From the NCBI GenBank assembly GCA_026391695.1, contig JAPLDP010000069.1, positions 12,886 to 76,885 of the forward strand: a stretch of DNA of 64,000 nt, read 5' to 3'. Below the pieces are notes generated by a model. The model saw only the letters and a program-made list of their open reading frames with translations, was not told where the DNA came from and did no database searches. This DNA is from Bacteroidota bacterium. Lineage in GTDB: Bacteria; Bacteroidota; Bacteroidia; Bacteroidales; JAGONC01. Of the stretch, positions 39,601-49,526 are shown piece by piece. The position numbers and the translations under genes were made by a program. The first letter of the stretch is position 1, and the number at the start of each line of letters is the position of its first letter.

Positions 39601-39775
39601 TCTGGAATAAAGGTGCTCCTGGAGGGTGTCCTACTTGTAACTTATAGGCAGTCGAAATATATTCCCCGCAATCCCAGAAACTGGCTGTAGGCTCTGAAGT
39701 CAGAATATAAACCGCAGATGCAGCGACAAAAATCAGCCAGCCAAGAACAATATTGACTTTACGGTATGATTCCAT
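36698..39775 (-). CDS. DUF2723 (TMEM260-like, GT-C-type) polytopic membrane protein with a C-terminal TPR-like region
   Basis: 1025 aa. The N-terminal FWDCGEYISTAYKLQVGHPPGAPLF block is characteristic of DUF2723. At least 10 hydrophobic helices, and a large soluble C-terminal half. Confidence 0.75.
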   Translation of the reverse strand: MESYRKVNIVLGWLIFVAASAVYILTSEPTASFWDCGEYISTAYKLQVGHPPGAPLFQIIGRFFSLFAFSNPHLVARMVNTMSALASGFTILFLFWSITMLAKKIILHNNAITKGKLYAIIGSGMVGALAYTFSDSFWFSAVEGEVYAMSSFFTAIVFWAILKWEESSDQMHALRWIILIAYLMGLSIGVHLLNLLAIPAISFIYYYKKYPRPTWKGIIKTLILSFLILAFVMNGIIPWIVKLAGLFELFFVNSLRLPFNTGTLIYFLLLVSGIIWGLWYTRKRQKVIWNTSILCLAFILIGYSSFLLLIVRANANTPINENNPRDAIGLLSYLNREQYGDWPILRGQYFNAPVIGQKNGKPVYTKDKEKKKYVITDEKKGVIPVYDPRFMTIFPRMWCNNEPYYADGYEQWGKISGIPVSVPGRDDKARTLLKPTFTENIRFFFNYQINYMYFRYFMWNFAGRQNDNQGYGDYLDGNWISGIRFIDEKRLGPQDNIPENLNSKARNRFYMLPLLLGLIGLAYHWQKSSKDTWVVALLFIMTGLAIVVYLNQYAPQPRERDYAYAASFYAFAIWIGLGVLYFFELLSKKFDQKLSAVIATTVCLLLVPGIMAKEGWDDHNRSGRFIVLSTAKNYLNSCAPNAILFTNADNDTFPLWYAQEVEGFRTDVRVVNLSLLSTDWYIDQMKTKVYDSEPVPFSLTKDIYKQGSFDITYLIEEDSLNDYVDLTTLMDLLETNPDQFQFMSEMGRIDYLPVKKLKIAVDSALVTSNGTVPLHLANRIQPVEWKLDKYVIYKNELMILDLLASDNWERPVYFASTTGEDAYIGLQNYFQMEGLAYRLIPVRADENVSLTGQVNTVVMYDNLMNKFDYTALNQPSVYLDETARRMISNFRNSFSRLAIALVLEGRYDSAVAVCDRCIEIIPDNCVPYNTLIIPIAETYYNTGTFEKGNAIFNRLLDYYDQELNYYFSFDDIKIQEMQSPIQQALALTQHISKIASGFKQDELIIKAEEILTTYSALYISTFKRE

Positions 39776-39813
39776 CAGGTGAGTGTTTTGGGTAAAAATA
39801 TTGATTATTTTAT

Positions 39814-39821
39814 TAACTTTG
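39814..39821 (+). promoter_or_regulatory. TAnnTTTG -7 box candidate upstream of gpmA
   Basis: TAACTTTG, 72 nt upstream of the ATG at 39893. Confidence 0.35.
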
Positions 39822-39892
39822 CCGAAATTTTTTTATACCTAAAACTTTATCAATAATATTCTGAAAAAGAATATTTTAAAAAACATCGACCT

Positions 39893-40636
39893 ATGAAGAG
39901 ATTGGTATTATTACGTCACGGAGAAAGTATATGGAATAAGGATAACCGTTTCACGGGTTGGATTGATATAGATTTATCTGAATATGGTATTGAAGAAGCA
40001 AAGGAGGCCGGACGGATCTTTAAAAAAGAAGGCTATCATTTTGATGTAGCCTTCACTTCCTACCTGAAGAGGGCTATTCGAACATTGTGGCTGGTGCTGG
40101 ATGAGATGGATATGATGTGGATCCCTGTTTATAAAACCTGGCGATTAAACGAAAAGCATTATGGGATGCTACAGGGAATGAATAAAAAGGAAATGGCTTC
40201 CATGTATGGAGAGGAACAGGTACTTCTCTGGAGGAGGAGTTACGATTTACCTCCGGCTCCGCTGGATTATAACGATGAACGCCATCCCCGCTTTGATCCT
40301 AAGTATAAATCACTTACGTCTTCACAGATACCGGCAACGGAAGCACTTAAAGACACGGTAAACCGGTTGACACCCTATTGGAACCGCGAAATCATGGATG
40401 CTCTGAAAGTATCCAACGATGTTCTGATCGCGGCACATGGTAACAGTTTAAGAGCCGTTGTAAAGATTCTCAAGGGCATTAGCGATAAAGATATAGTCAA
40501 TCTGAACCTTCCGACAGGCATACCCTATGTGTTTGATTTTGATGATCATTTAAAAGTTGTTCGCGATTATTTCATTGGAGATGAAGAAGAGATAAAAAAG
40601 AAGATGGAAAGGGTTGCCAATCAGGGAAAAAAGTGA
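39893..40636 (+). CDS. gpmA: 2,3-bisphosphoglycerate-dependent phosphoglycerate mutase
   Basis: 247 aa. [18 protein letters not shown] and AAHGNSLRA motifs. Confidence 0.93.
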   Translation: MKRLVLLRHGESIWNKDNRFTGWIDIDLSEYGIEEAKEAGRIFKKEGYHFDVAFTSYLKRAIRTLWLVLDEMDMMWIPVYKTWRLNEKHYGMLQGMNKKEMASMYGEEQVLLWRRSYDLPPAPLDYNDERHPRFDPKYKSLTSSQIPATEALKDTVNRLTPYWNREIMDALKVSNDVLIAAHGNSLRAVVKILKGISDKDIVNLNLPTGIPYVFDFDDHLKVVRDYFIGDEEEIKKKMERVANQGKK

Positions 40637-40698
40637 CTGATGGCACCTCTTAGGATCCTCACTTGCGGATTAACTTTAACTTTTATATAGAATGTTTT

Positions 40699-41292
40699 CT
40701 ACTCTTCATAAAAGTGCATTTCTGTAATATAATCAAACACTTTTGGTGGTAATAGAAAGGATACATTTTTCCCTTCTTTAATGGCTATACGGATGAAACT
40801 GGAAGAAATGTCCATAAGTGGGGCTTTGACAAATTTGATGCCCGGATGATTCCCGTATGGATGGGATTCGGTATAAGGTCGGGGATAGATATACATCTTG
40901 TACTGTTCAAGAATCTGCTTATAGTTCTTCCATTTATCGAATGTCGGAAGTATGTCGGAACCAGCAATTAAAATGAAATTTTTTTTCTGATACTTCTCCT
41001 GTAGATATGTCAGTGTTGTGATGGTATATGAAGGTTGGTGCAGATGGAATTCAAAATTTGATGCTTTTAATCTGTAGTTATCTTCAACTGCCAGATTGAC
41101 CATGTAATACCGGTGGTTATCAGCAAGCAGTCCTTCTCTGATTTTAAATGGATTTTGCGGCGAAATAACAAACCATACTTCCTCCAGGTCGGTAAATTCA
41201 AGCATATAATTGGCGATGACCATATGCCCGATATGAATAGGATTGAAAGAACCGAAAAATAATCCAACTGTATTTCGCTGCAATGTGCTCAT
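40699..41292 (-). CDS. nadD: Nicotinate-nucleotide adenylyltransferase
   Basis: 197 aa. GSFNPIHIGH (HxGH) and ISSSFIR motifs. Confidence 0.9.
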   Translation of the reverse strand: MSTLQRNTVGLFFGSFNPIHIGHMVIANYMLEFTDLEEVWFVISPQNPFKIREGLLADNHRYYMVNLAVEDNYRLKASNFEFHLHQPSYTITTLTYLQEKYQKKNFILIAGSDILPTFDKWKNYKQILEQYKMYIYPRPYTESHPYGNHPGIKFVKAPLMDISSSFIRIAIKEGKNVSFLLPPKVFDYITEMHFYEE

Positions 41293-41304
41293 TTTTGGAT
41301 GTTT

Positions 41305-41880
41305 CTAACTGGCATTATCCTGGATAAACTCTTTTATTAATAGAATGGTTTTGTCCACTGCTATAGGTAAATCATCGTTGATAATAATTTTATCAAACCG
41401 GTCGGCAAAAGTCATTTCATAATCCGCCTTCTTTAAACGCTTACGCAGGCTATCCTCAGATTCAGAATTCCGGTGACGTAATCTTTCTTCCAAAATACTA
41501 ATAGATGGTGGCATGATAAAAATTGATATAGCCTGTTCCTTATATAAATTTTTGATATTCAGGCCCCCGATCACATCCACATCAAAGATGACATGGTTAC
41601 CGTTGTTCCAGATACGGGTTACCTCTGATTTCATAGTACCATAGTATTGTCCAGGGTAAACCTCTTCCCACTCTATAAATTCGTTGTGATTAATTTTTTC
41701 CCTGAACTCTGCCGGTGAGAGGAAATAATAATCTTTGCCGTTTACTTCGTTGAGGCGTGGAGGACGGCTGCAAGATGATACAGAAAATTCAATATGCAAT
41801 CCGGCCTGAAGTACCTGTCGAACTATTGAAGTTTTTCCTGAACCCGAAGGAGCGGAGAGAATGATCAGTTTTCCCGCCAT
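41305..41880 (-). CDS. gmk: Guanylate kinase
   Basis: 191 aa. SAPSGSGKTS P-loop, and SCSRPPR..G.DYYF. Confidence 0.92.
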   Translation of the reverse strand: MAGKLIILSAPSGSGKTSIVRQVLQAGLHIEFSVSSCSRPPRLNEVNGKDYYFLSPAEFREKINHNEFIEWEEVYPGQYYGTMKSEVTRIWNNGNHVIFDVDVIGGLNIKNLYKEQAISIFIMPPSISILEERLRHRNSESEDSLRKRLKKADYEMTFADRFDKIIINDDLPIAVDKTILLIKEFIQDNAS

Positions 41881-42756
41881 CTATAAGATATTTAATAGCT
41901 GTTCTTTAATTTTTTCCAATTCATCTTTCATCTCGATTACTAGCTTCTGAATGGCTGCGTCATTGGCTTTTGAGCCAATAGTATTGATTTCTCTGCCCAT
42001 TTCCTGAGTGATGAAGCCAAGCTTTCTGCCATTGGAAGTCCCATTTTTCAGGGTTTCTATGAAATACTCACTATGTTTTTTCAGCCTAACTCTCTCTTCT
42101 GTAATATCAAGTTTTTCCATGTAATAGATCAGTTCTTGTTCGAACCGGTTTTCATCAATAACCAGGTCATTTTTGAAGGATGCAAGTTCCTTTCTAAGCC
42201 GCTCTCGTACAATAAGTAACCTGTTTTTTTCAATTTTTTCGATGTAGTCAAGAGAATGTATGATCAATGAGACACGGTTAGAGATATCATTCTCAAGGAT
42301 GCCTCCTTCTTTTTTCCGGAATTCATCAACTTGTTCTGTGACGAGCAGGAGGGACTCCTTTAGCTTATTCCATTCTCCGGTTTCCAGCTCCCCTTTCTCA
42401 ACATATATCACTTCCGGTAAACGGATGATGACAGGAAGCCACTCGTCAGTATCATTTTCACCGAGTTCATTTGATAATTTTTTTAGTTCATGAAAGTATT
42501 TTTTTGCGAGTGGTATGTTGATCGAAAAATTTGATTCTTCACCGCTCTTATCAAAATAAATGGTAAGATCGATTTTTCCTCTTTCGAGTTTTTCAATAAG
42601 GAGAGACCTGATTTCAGAATCTTTTTCCCTGTATAACAGAGGTGTTTTGATTGAAATATCGGCCTGCTTGCTGTTGAGGGTTTTAATCTCAATTATGACG
42701 GTTCTTCCGTGGATATCAACTACCGTTTTACCGTAGCCTGTCATCGATTTGAGCAT
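41881..42756 (-). CDS. yicC: YicC family stress-induced protein
   Basis: 291 aa. MLKSMTGYG start and a C-terminal ITQEMGREINTIGSKAND motif. Confidence 0.85.
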   Translation of the reverse strand: MLKSMTGYGKTVVDIHGRTVIIEIKTLNSKQADISIKTPLLYREKDSEIRSLLIEKLERGKIDLTIYFDKSGEESNFSINIPLAKKYFHELKKLSNELGENDTDEWLPVIIRLPEVIYVEKGELETGEWNKLKESLLLVTEQVDEFRKKEGGILENDISNRVSLIIHSLDYIEKIEKNRLLIVRERLRKELASFKNDLVIDENRFEQELIYYMEKLDITEERVRLKKHSEYFIETLKNGTSNGRKLGFITQEMGREINTIGSKANDAAIQKLVIEMKDELEKIKEQLLNIL

Positions 42757-42837
42757 ATGTCCTGGTATTATTAAACAAAGGTATGAAATCGGTTCTACAT
42801 TTTTATAAGTTTATGATTAACAATGAAGCGGCTTTGT

Positions 42838-42845
42838 TATCTTTG
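42838..42845 (+). promoter_or_regulatory. TAnnTTTG -7 box candidate upstream of the PLD-family gene
   Basis: TATCTTTG, 24 nt upstream of the ATG at 42869. This argues against the GTG at 42848 as the start. Confidence 0.4.
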
Positions 42846-42868
42846 GAGTGAAATGCCACAGGGTGAAA

Positions 42869-43936
42869 ATGAGTAATTCAAATTATCAGATCTTCGAGAA
42901 GGCTCCTGACTTTTATGCCCTCATGCTTGATGATATTGCACAGGCCAGGGAGTACATTTATCTGGAAATGTACAAATTCAGTGATGGCCCGGCAGGTCAT
43001 CTATTCAGGGATGCCCTTACGAGGAAAGCGAAAGAAGGGATTGAAGTGAAATTACTTATTGACTCCTGGGGGGCTTATGTAACAGAAGCTTCTTTTACCC
43101 AGCTCATCCAGTCCGGAGGTGAGGTCAGGTTCTTTAAAAAGATCAAATTCTTCATTGACTTTTTTACCAAGAATCACCGCCGCAATCATCGCAAGATACT
43201 GGTTATTGATGATAAAATTACCTGGCTGGGATCGGCAAATATTGTGGATTATGCTATGGACTGGAGGGACCTGATGGTAAGGATGGTTGATGATATTGCA
43301 GTTCACTTTAAACATATTTTCCTGCAGGATTTCAGGATTTATAAAAGATATGTTTTTGAGAAACCGTCGTATGTCAGAACAATCAAGCACAGGGAATTTG
43401 AAATCATCAGGGATGTGCCTTCAATGGCCATGCAGAAATTAAGAAAGAGATACCTTGATATCATCAAATCCGCAAAAAAAGAAATTGTTATTGAAACACC
43501 ATATTTTCTGCCTGGTCTCATGCTGCGAAAATCTCTTATAGATGCAGCCCACCGTGGTGTTGACGTGAAGGTCATCATGCCCAAACATTCCGATCTCCGT
43601 CTGGTGGATATCCTGCGAAACAGATACATCGGTCTGATGTGCAGGCACAATGTCGGATTTTTATTTTATATTCCCGGTAATCTTCATGGCAAATGTGTAT
43701 TAATTGACAGCAAGGTGTTTTCAATTGCTTCTTCGAATTTTGATTACCGAAGTTTCAGATACCAGCATGAAATAGCCATCATTGGAAGAAATCAACAGAT
43801 TCTGGACCTGTTGGGCGTGCATATCAAAGATACTATTAAAAACTCTGAACCCTTTGATTATGAACACTGGTTAAAAAGACCTTTCCCTGATAAATTATTC
43901 GAACGATTGCTGATTCCTTTCCGCCATCTTTTCTGA
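42869..43936 (+). CDS. Phospholipase D / cardiolipin synthase-like protein (two HKD motifs)
   Basis: HRKILVIDD..GSANI and HGKCVLIDS..ASSNF are the two HxK(x)4D motifs. Confidence 0.8.
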   Translation: MSNSNYQIFEKAPDFYALMLDDIAQAREYIYLEMYKFSDGPAGHLFRDALTRKAKEGIEVKLLIDSWGAYVTEASFTQLIQSGGEVRFFKKIKFFIDFFTKNHRRNHRKILVIDDKITWLGSANIVDYAMDWRDLMVRMVDDIAVHFKHIFLQDFRIYKRYVFEKPSYVRTIKHREFEIIRDVPSMAMQKLRKRYLDIIKSAKKEIVIETPYFLPGLMLRKSLIDAAHRGVDVKVIMPKHSDLRLVDILRNRYIGLMCRHNVGFLFYIPGNLHGKCVLIDSKVFSIASSNFDYRSFRYQHEIAIIGRNQQILDLLGVHIKDTIKNSEPFDYEHWLKRPFPDKLFERLLIPFRHLF

Positions 43937-43968
43937 TTTATTACTGTAGCAGTAAAACAGAAAGCAAA

Positions 43969-45603
43969 TTAATAATGAACTTTTCGGCTAATAGCTTTCA
44001 CTATGCGGATACTGACGGTTATCAGGATGAATATGATGCTGACGAAAGTTGCAATTCTGGCAATAAAATCTCCGTACTTCACGTAAAAGGTCAGTCCTGA
44101 ATTGGCATTGATATCCGCTTTAATAACAGCTTGTTCCCAATATGCTGTAGCCTGGTGGATAGTGCCGCGTTGGTCGATAAAGGCAGAAATTCCTGTGTTC
44201 GCCGACCGGGCTATACTGCGCCGTGTCTCGATAGCTCTGAGGGATGAAAATGTAAGATGCTGACGATGGCCTGGCGTATTACCCCACCAGCCATCGTTGG
44301 TAATGACGAAAATCAGATTGGCCCCGTTTTTTACAAACTGTCCGCAAAATTCACCATAGGCTGATTCATAGCAGATAGCCGGCGCGACTTTGAGCGATTT
44401 TGAAGGAATTGAGAATGGCCTTCGCTCATTATCTGTACCTAAACTGCCGACAGTACCACCAAGGTTTATGGTCATTTTTTCAAGAAACTTAAGGTATTCG
44501 GAATATGGCATGATCTCAACTCCAGGTGTCAGCTTTGATTTGTGATAAAGCTGAAAAGTGTCATTGGGGCTGATAAGAATGGCCGTATTATAAGCGTCAT
44601 AATATTTTTCAGCATCATGGAATTTCCTTGCGGTATGGCTCAGGGGTTCATTGTCATTGAAAATCTTATAGGTTGATGCACCTATTACAATCTGCAAATC
44701 AGGATATTTTTTAACATAATCATTCAAAAGCTTATAACTGCGTGAAAACAGGATCTGATCTTCATAAAGCGGTCTATCCTGGATAGCGGATTCCGGACAG
44801 ACAACAAAATCAGTCAGGCTGTCGGTTTTCTGGTCAGATAATTTGAGGATCCTGTCGATCACATCCGTAGGGTCCAGACCATATTGTTCAGAATATGGAT
44901 CCAGGTTTGGCTGGACAACCACAACATGCACAGGATTTAGCTTCTCCTGATAGCGATTAAACATGATCAGTGATACAACAATCGGTATAATGATTATCAA
45001 CAGTGCTGAAAGAACCTGAATACGAATCGACCTGGTGAGTACCCTTTCCTGGAAAGACTGTTTAATAATCCTGAAAATTAATATATTGACCAGAAGTATC
45101 CAGAGAGTTCCTCCAAAAGTGCCGGTGTATTCATACCATTGTATCCATTTATAATACGAAGCAAAACCATTTCCCAGGTTAAGCCAGGGCCATGATATTT
45201 CCCAGTTCAGGTGAATATATTCAAAGGTCATCCAGTAAGCGATAAGCACAATATACCCATAGTCCGGATTTTTGAGAGACCTGCGTGTGACATGAGAAAT
45301 TGTAAAAACACCAGCCATAAAGGTTGAGTTCAGCAAAAAAGCCAGGATCGCTCCGATATCGGTTGAATTATAAATCCACCATGTAGTCAGGATATTCCAT
45401 GTCAGAAATCCCGGAAATGTATAAAGAAAGACGCTGAAATTACTGAACCTGTGATCTGTTTGTTTTTTCAGGATAAAATCCTCAATAAATAAAAAGGGGA
45501 CAAATCCGAAGAACAGTAATAAGGGGAAGCCCCTGGCCGGCCATCCGGCACTTAATATGAGGCCTGATAATACGGATAACAGTATTAGATGGTACTTCTT
45601 CAT
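43969..45603 (-). CDS. lnt: Apolipoprotein N-acyltransferase
   Basis: 544 aa. N-terminal polytopic region plus a CN-hydrolase domain (ICYES, NDGWW motifs). Confidence 0.88.
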   Translation of the reverse strand: MKKYHLILLSVLSGLILSAGWPARGFPLLLFFGFVPFLFIEDFILKKQTDHRFSNFSVFLYTFPGFLTWNILTTWWIYNSTDIGAILAFLLNSTFMAGVFTISHVTRRSLKNPDYGYIVLIAYWMTFEYIHLNWEISWPWLNLGNGFASYYKWIQWYEYTGTFGGTLWILLVNILIFRIIKQSFQERVLTRSIRIQVLSALLIIIIPIVVSLIMFNRYQEKLNPVHVVVVQPNLDPYSEQYGLDPTDVIDRILKLSDQKTDSLTDFVVCPESAIQDRPLYEDQILFSRSYKLLNDYVKKYPDLQIVIGASTYKIFNDNEPLSHTARKFHDAEKYYDAYNTAILISPNDTFQLYHKSKLTPGVEIMPYSEYLKFLEKMTINLGGTVGSLGTDNERRPFSIPSKSLKVAPAICYESAYGEFCGQFVKNGANLIFVITNDGWWGNTPGHRQHLTFSSLRAIETRRSIARSANTGISAFIDQRGTIHQATAYWEQAVIKADINANSGLTFYVKYGDFIARIATFVSIIFILITVSIRIVKAISRKVHY

Positions 45604-45629
45604 GCAGGCTATTTTTCAGGTCAGCCAAA

Positions 45630-46811
45630 TTAGTAAAGAAAGTTGTTATAAGGATAACGCTTAACATGAATTTTTCTTACCTCTTCATACAGCATCCTTT
45701 TAAGTTCTTCATAATTAGTTTTATTAGATGCTGATATAAAAACACATGGCATATTGGCTTTGGCCATCCATGTTTTTTCCAGATCTGTGAGGCTGATATT
45801 ATATTTTGATGCAGGCGTCAGGTCATCAGCCTCCTTTTCTATATATCTGTAAGCATCTATCTTATTGAAAACGATGATGGCAGGCTTGTTGAATGCATTG
45901 ATTTCGAGGAGCGTTTGTTTTACGATGGCCATTTGTTCTTCAAAATCAGGATGTGAAATGTCCACAATGTGGAGGATCAGATCCGATTCACGCACTTCAT
46001 CCAGAGTTGATTTGAATGATTCCACAAGGTCGTGTGGAAGTTTCCTGATAAATCCGACTGTATCTGAAAGCAGGAAGGGGAGGTCCCTGATCACTACTTT
46101 TCTGACAGTAGTATCTAGTGTGGCAAAAAGTTTGTTTTCGGCAAAAACGTTCGATTTACTGATCAGGTTCATGATGGTGGATTTCCCGACATTGGTATAT
46201 CCCACAAGTGAAACGCGTACGAGTCCTTCCCTGTGTTTACGTTGTATGGCTTTCTGCTTGTCGATTTGTTCAAGTTTTTTCTTCAGCAAGGCAATTTTAT
46301 CTCTGAGTATACGACGGTCGGTTTCGATTTCTTTTTCACCAGGTCCTCTGAATCCAATACCTCCGCGTTGTTTTGAAAGGTGCGTCCACATACCTGTCAG
46401 CCGGGGCAAAAGGTACTGGTACTGAGCTAATTCGACCTGAGTCTTGGCATGAGCTGTACGTGCTCTTTTGGCGAATATATCAAGTATGAGATTGCTGCGG
46501 TCCAGTATCTTGCATTCCAGTTTTTTTCCCAGGTTTCTTATCTGGGAGGGACTCAGTTCATCGTCGAAGACAGCTATTTCAACACCGTAGAATCGGACAT
46601 ACTCCTGAATTTCAAATAGTTTTCCCTGGCCTACAAAGGTTTTTGAGTCAGGCTGTTCAAGCCTTTGTGTGAATCGTTTAAGGGTTGTACCGCCGGCTGT
46701 ATCGATAAGAAAATCCAGCTCGTCAAGGTATTCCTTTACCCTTTCTTCATCCTGATTATGATTGATAAGCCCGATGATGACAGCTTTTTCCTTCCTGATG
46801 GCCATCTCCAT
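45630..46811 (-). CDS. hflX: GTPase HflX
   Basis: 393 aa. HflX N-domain, then GYTNVGKST (G1), DTVGF (G3) and NKID (G4). Confidence 0.92.
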   Translation of the reverse strand: MEMAIRKEKAVIIGLINHNQDEERVKEYLDELDFLIDTAGGTTLKRFTQRLEQPDSKTFVGQGKLFEIQEYVRFYGVEIAVFDDELSPSQIRNLGKKLECKILDRSNLILDIFAKRARTAHAKTQVELAQYQYLLPRLTGMWTHLSKQRGGIGFRGPGEKEIETDRRILRDKIALLKKKLEQIDKQKAIQRKHREGLVRVSLVGYTNVGKSTIMNLISKSNVFAENKLFATLDTTVRKVVIRDLPFLLSDTVGFIRKLPHDLVESFKSTLDEVRESDLILHIVDISHPDFEEQMAIVKQTLLEINAFNKPAIIVFNKIDAYRYIEKEADDLTPASKYNISLTDLEKTWMAKANMPCVFISASNKTNYEELKRMLYEEVRKIHVKRYPYNNFLY

Positions 46812-47807
46812 TTAAAAAGGCTTAAATCCGATGATTTCCCTGACCTCCCTTATTGTTCTCGAAGCACTTTCGCGTGCACGCTGAGCCCCAAAATGCACAA
46901 CCTTGCGCAGGTATGCGTCGTTGGATGTTAACTCGTTTATTTTTTCACGAAATGGCGCAGTGAAATGGATCATATCCTCGGCAAGTTGCTTCTTCATCTC
47001 TCCGTATCGGATGGTACAGGTATTATATTTCTCGTCGAAATATGCCACTGTTTCAGGAGCAGAAACCGCCTTCATCAGTGTAAAAAGGTTTTCGATGGCT
47101 TCCGGTTTTACTTGGTTCATTGTTGTCGGACCTACATCAGTGACTGCTTTCATGACCTTACTCCGGATAGTTGCAGGATCATCAATAAGAAAAATCGCAT
47201 TGTCTTCTCCTTCTGATTTCCCCATTTTCCCGCCGCCATCCAGCCCCGGGATCTTAATGAGTTCTTCACCAAAATTATAAGCTACAGGAACAGGGAAATA
47301 ATCGACTTTGTACATTCTGTTAAAACGTCTTGCGAAAGTGCGCATCATCTCCAGGTTTTGTTCCTGATCCTTACCGACTGGAACCTTGTGTGCTTTATGA
47401 ATAATCACATCGGCTGCCATCAGGGTCGGATAAGTCAGTAAACCAGCGTTGACATTTTCAGGTTGTTTTCTAACCTTTTCTTTAAAGGATGTACAGCGCT
47501 CCAACTCACCAAGATATGCATTCATGTTCAGTAACAGGTACAGTTCCGGTACTTCCGGAATATCGCTTTGTATATATAATGTTGATTTTTCCGGATCAAG
47601 ACCGGCTGCGAGATATTCAACAAGCACCTGCTTTACATTTCCGTGGAGGTCCAGGGGTGTTGGATGAGTAGTAAGAGAGTGATAATCGGCAATAAAGAAA
47701 AAACAGGTGTTGTTGTCCTGCATTTTAACAAAATTTTTTACCGCACCAAAATAATTACCGAGATGCAGGTTCCCTGTTGGACGTATTCCGCTGACAACTA
47801 TATCCAT
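46812..47807 (-). CDS. trpS: Tryptophan--tRNA ligase
   Basis: Start at the ATG at 47807 (MDIVVSGIRPTGNLHLGNYFG, HIGH-type motif). KMGKS motif present. The 21-codon upstream extension in the ORF track is unlikely to be real. Confidence 0.93.
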   Translation of the reverse strand: MDIVVSGIRPTGNLHLGNYFGAVKNFVKMQDNNTCFFFIADYHSLTTHPTPLDLHGNVKQVLVEYLAAGLDPEKSTLYIQSDIPEVPELYLLLNMNAYLGELERCTSFKEKVRKQPENVNAGLLTYPTLMAADVIIHKAHKVPVGKDQEQNLEMMRTFARRFNRMYKVDYFPVPVAYNFGEELIKIPGLDGGGKMGKSEGEDNAIFLIDDPATIRSKVMKAVTDVGPTTMNQVKPEAIENLFTLMKAVSAPETVAYFDEKYNTCTIRYGEMKKQLAEDMIHFTAPFREKINELTSNDAYLRKVVHFGAQRARESASRTIREVREIIGFKPF

Positions 47808-47885
47808 GGATACTGAGATAATATAAAAATAAAAAATTTTTCCGGATTTTTCCTGATAACGATAAAGCAAAAGAAATGCTTCAAG

Positions 47886-49436
47886 CTATATTTTGATCTC
47901 ATCATTATTCCTGTTGAAGAAATGAAATTCCAGCAGGTGATAGGCGCCCATTGGGTTGATGGGCATCCATTTCTTGAACTTAAAGTACCATTTCCATTGC
48001 TGTGAAAAGATGCCTTTAGTTAAATACGCATGAATATAAGGGTGAACGGCAATTTTTAGATACCCTTCATTCTGATCGCGTAGCAGGTACTGAATATTGT
48101 TTTCAATTTCGTCGATGAGGATAATACTGGGTTTGATTTGTCCCGTACCATCACAGGCCGGGCATTTCTCAAGGATTTCCACGTTGGTTTCAGGTCTGAC
48201 CCGTTCTCTGGTCAGTTGAACCAGGCCAAATTTGCTTGGGGGTAGGATGGTGTGCTTGGAAGTGTCTTTGGCCATCTCCTCCTTCAACTTCTGGAACAAT
48301 GCTTTACGGTTGGAGGGATCACGCATATCGATGAAATCAATAACAATGATACCACCCATATCCCTTAACCGGAGCTGTCGTGCGATTTCAGTAGCCGCTT
48401 CCAGATTTACCTGGTAAGCATTGGTCTCCTGTGAGTTTTCAGCTTTTATCCGATGCCCACTGTTGACGTCAATAACATGAAGGGCCTCCGTATGTTCAAT
48501 GATCAGATAGGCCCCGCTTTTGAAGGTCACTACCTTGCCAAAAGAACTTTTTATCTGCTTATCAACACCGAAGTACTCAAAAATAGGTACTTTACCTCTA
48601 TATAATTTGACAATATCTGCCTTATCGGGAGCTATTCTTTGGATATAACTCTTTATATCTTCAAACAGTACAGAATCATTCACATGGATATTGTTGAATG
48701 TATCATTTAACATATCCCTGAGGATAGCCGATGTACGGTCGATTTCGCTTATGATGCGCTGTGGTGGTTTGGCCGACGGCAACATGTGCATAGCCATTTC
48801 CCATTTTTTCATGAGCAGGCTAAGTTCGGCGTCCAGGTCTGCGACTTTTTTATTTTGCGCAACAGTGCGAACAATAACCCCGACATTTTTGGGTTTAATG
48901 CTCAGTATCAGTCTTTTCAGACGGTTTCGTTCTTCCTGGCTCCTGATTTTTTGAGAGATGGAAACCCTGTTATTGAAAGGTACCATAACGATATTCCGCC
49001 CTGCGAAAGAAACCTCAGAGGATACCCTGGGCCCTTTGGTTGAGATGGGTTCTTTTGCAATCTGAACAAGAACAGGCTGATTCATAGTCAGGATATCAGA
49101 AATCTTACCTGTTTTATCAATATCCTCTTCAAGGATAAATCTGTCAGTCGTCAATTGACTAGCCTTGCCGGAAAGCAGTAACTTGATATATTTGTTTAGT
49201 GAGCGTATCTGAGGGCCTAAGTCAAGATAATGTAAAAAAGCATCCTTCTCGTAACCAACGTTGATGAAGGCCGCATTGAGGCCTGGCATGATTTTTTTTA
49301 CCTTTCCCAGGTATACATCTCCGACCGAAAAACTATAATTAGTTTTTTGCTTGTTGAGTTCGACTAGCAGCTTGTCTTCAAATAAGGCAATCTCGACTTC
49401 TGATGATCTGGAATCGATTATTAATTCTTTATTCAC
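47886..49436 (-). CDS. rng: Ribonuclease E/G family protein (RNase G-like)
   Basis: 516 aa. S1 domain (GDVYLGKVKKIMPGLNAAFINVG), a catalytic core (VIDVNSG, GGIIVIDFIDM) and a Zn-link-like CPACDGTG. Confidence 0.88.
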   Translation of the reverse strand: MNKELIIDSRSSEVEIALFEDKLLVELNKQKTNYSFSVGDVYLGKVKKIMPGLNAAFINVGYEKDAFLHYLDLGPQIRSLNKYIKLLLSGKASQLTTDRFILEEDIDKTGKISDILTMNQPVLVQIAKEPISTKGPRVSSEVSFAGRNIVMVPFNNRVSISQKIRSQEERNRLKRLILSIKPKNVGVIVRTVAQNKKVADLDAELSLLMKKWEMAMHMLPSAKPPQRIISEIDRTSAILRDMLNDTFNNIHVNDSVLFEDIKSYIQRIAPDKADIVKLYRGKVPIFEYFGVDKQIKSSFGKVVTFKSGAYLIIEHTEALHVIDVNSGHRIKAENSQETNAYQVNLEAATEIARQLRLRDMGGIIVIDFIDMRDPSNRKALFQKLKEEMAKDTSKHTILPPSKFGLVQLTRERVRPETNVEILEKCPACDGTGQIKPSIILIDEIENNIQYLLRDQNEGYLKIAVHPYIHAYLTKGIFSQQWKWYFKFKKWMPINPMGAYHLLEFHFFNRNNDEIKI

Positions 49437-49526
49437 GTAAGGAGCATTTTATTGAAAGATCATCCCAGAGGTTGCCAATGTAATTACTGACCTGGGAATT
49501 TCAGGTTTTGATGCAGATAGCTAACA

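Noticed and set aside
39855-39875. A perfect inverted repeat AATATTCT-gaaaa-AGAATATT in the gpmA leader.
   Set aside because: It is a short, purely AT-rich 8-bp stem in AT-rich intergenic DNA and could easily arise by chance. I know of no regulatory system for gpmA that it would fit.
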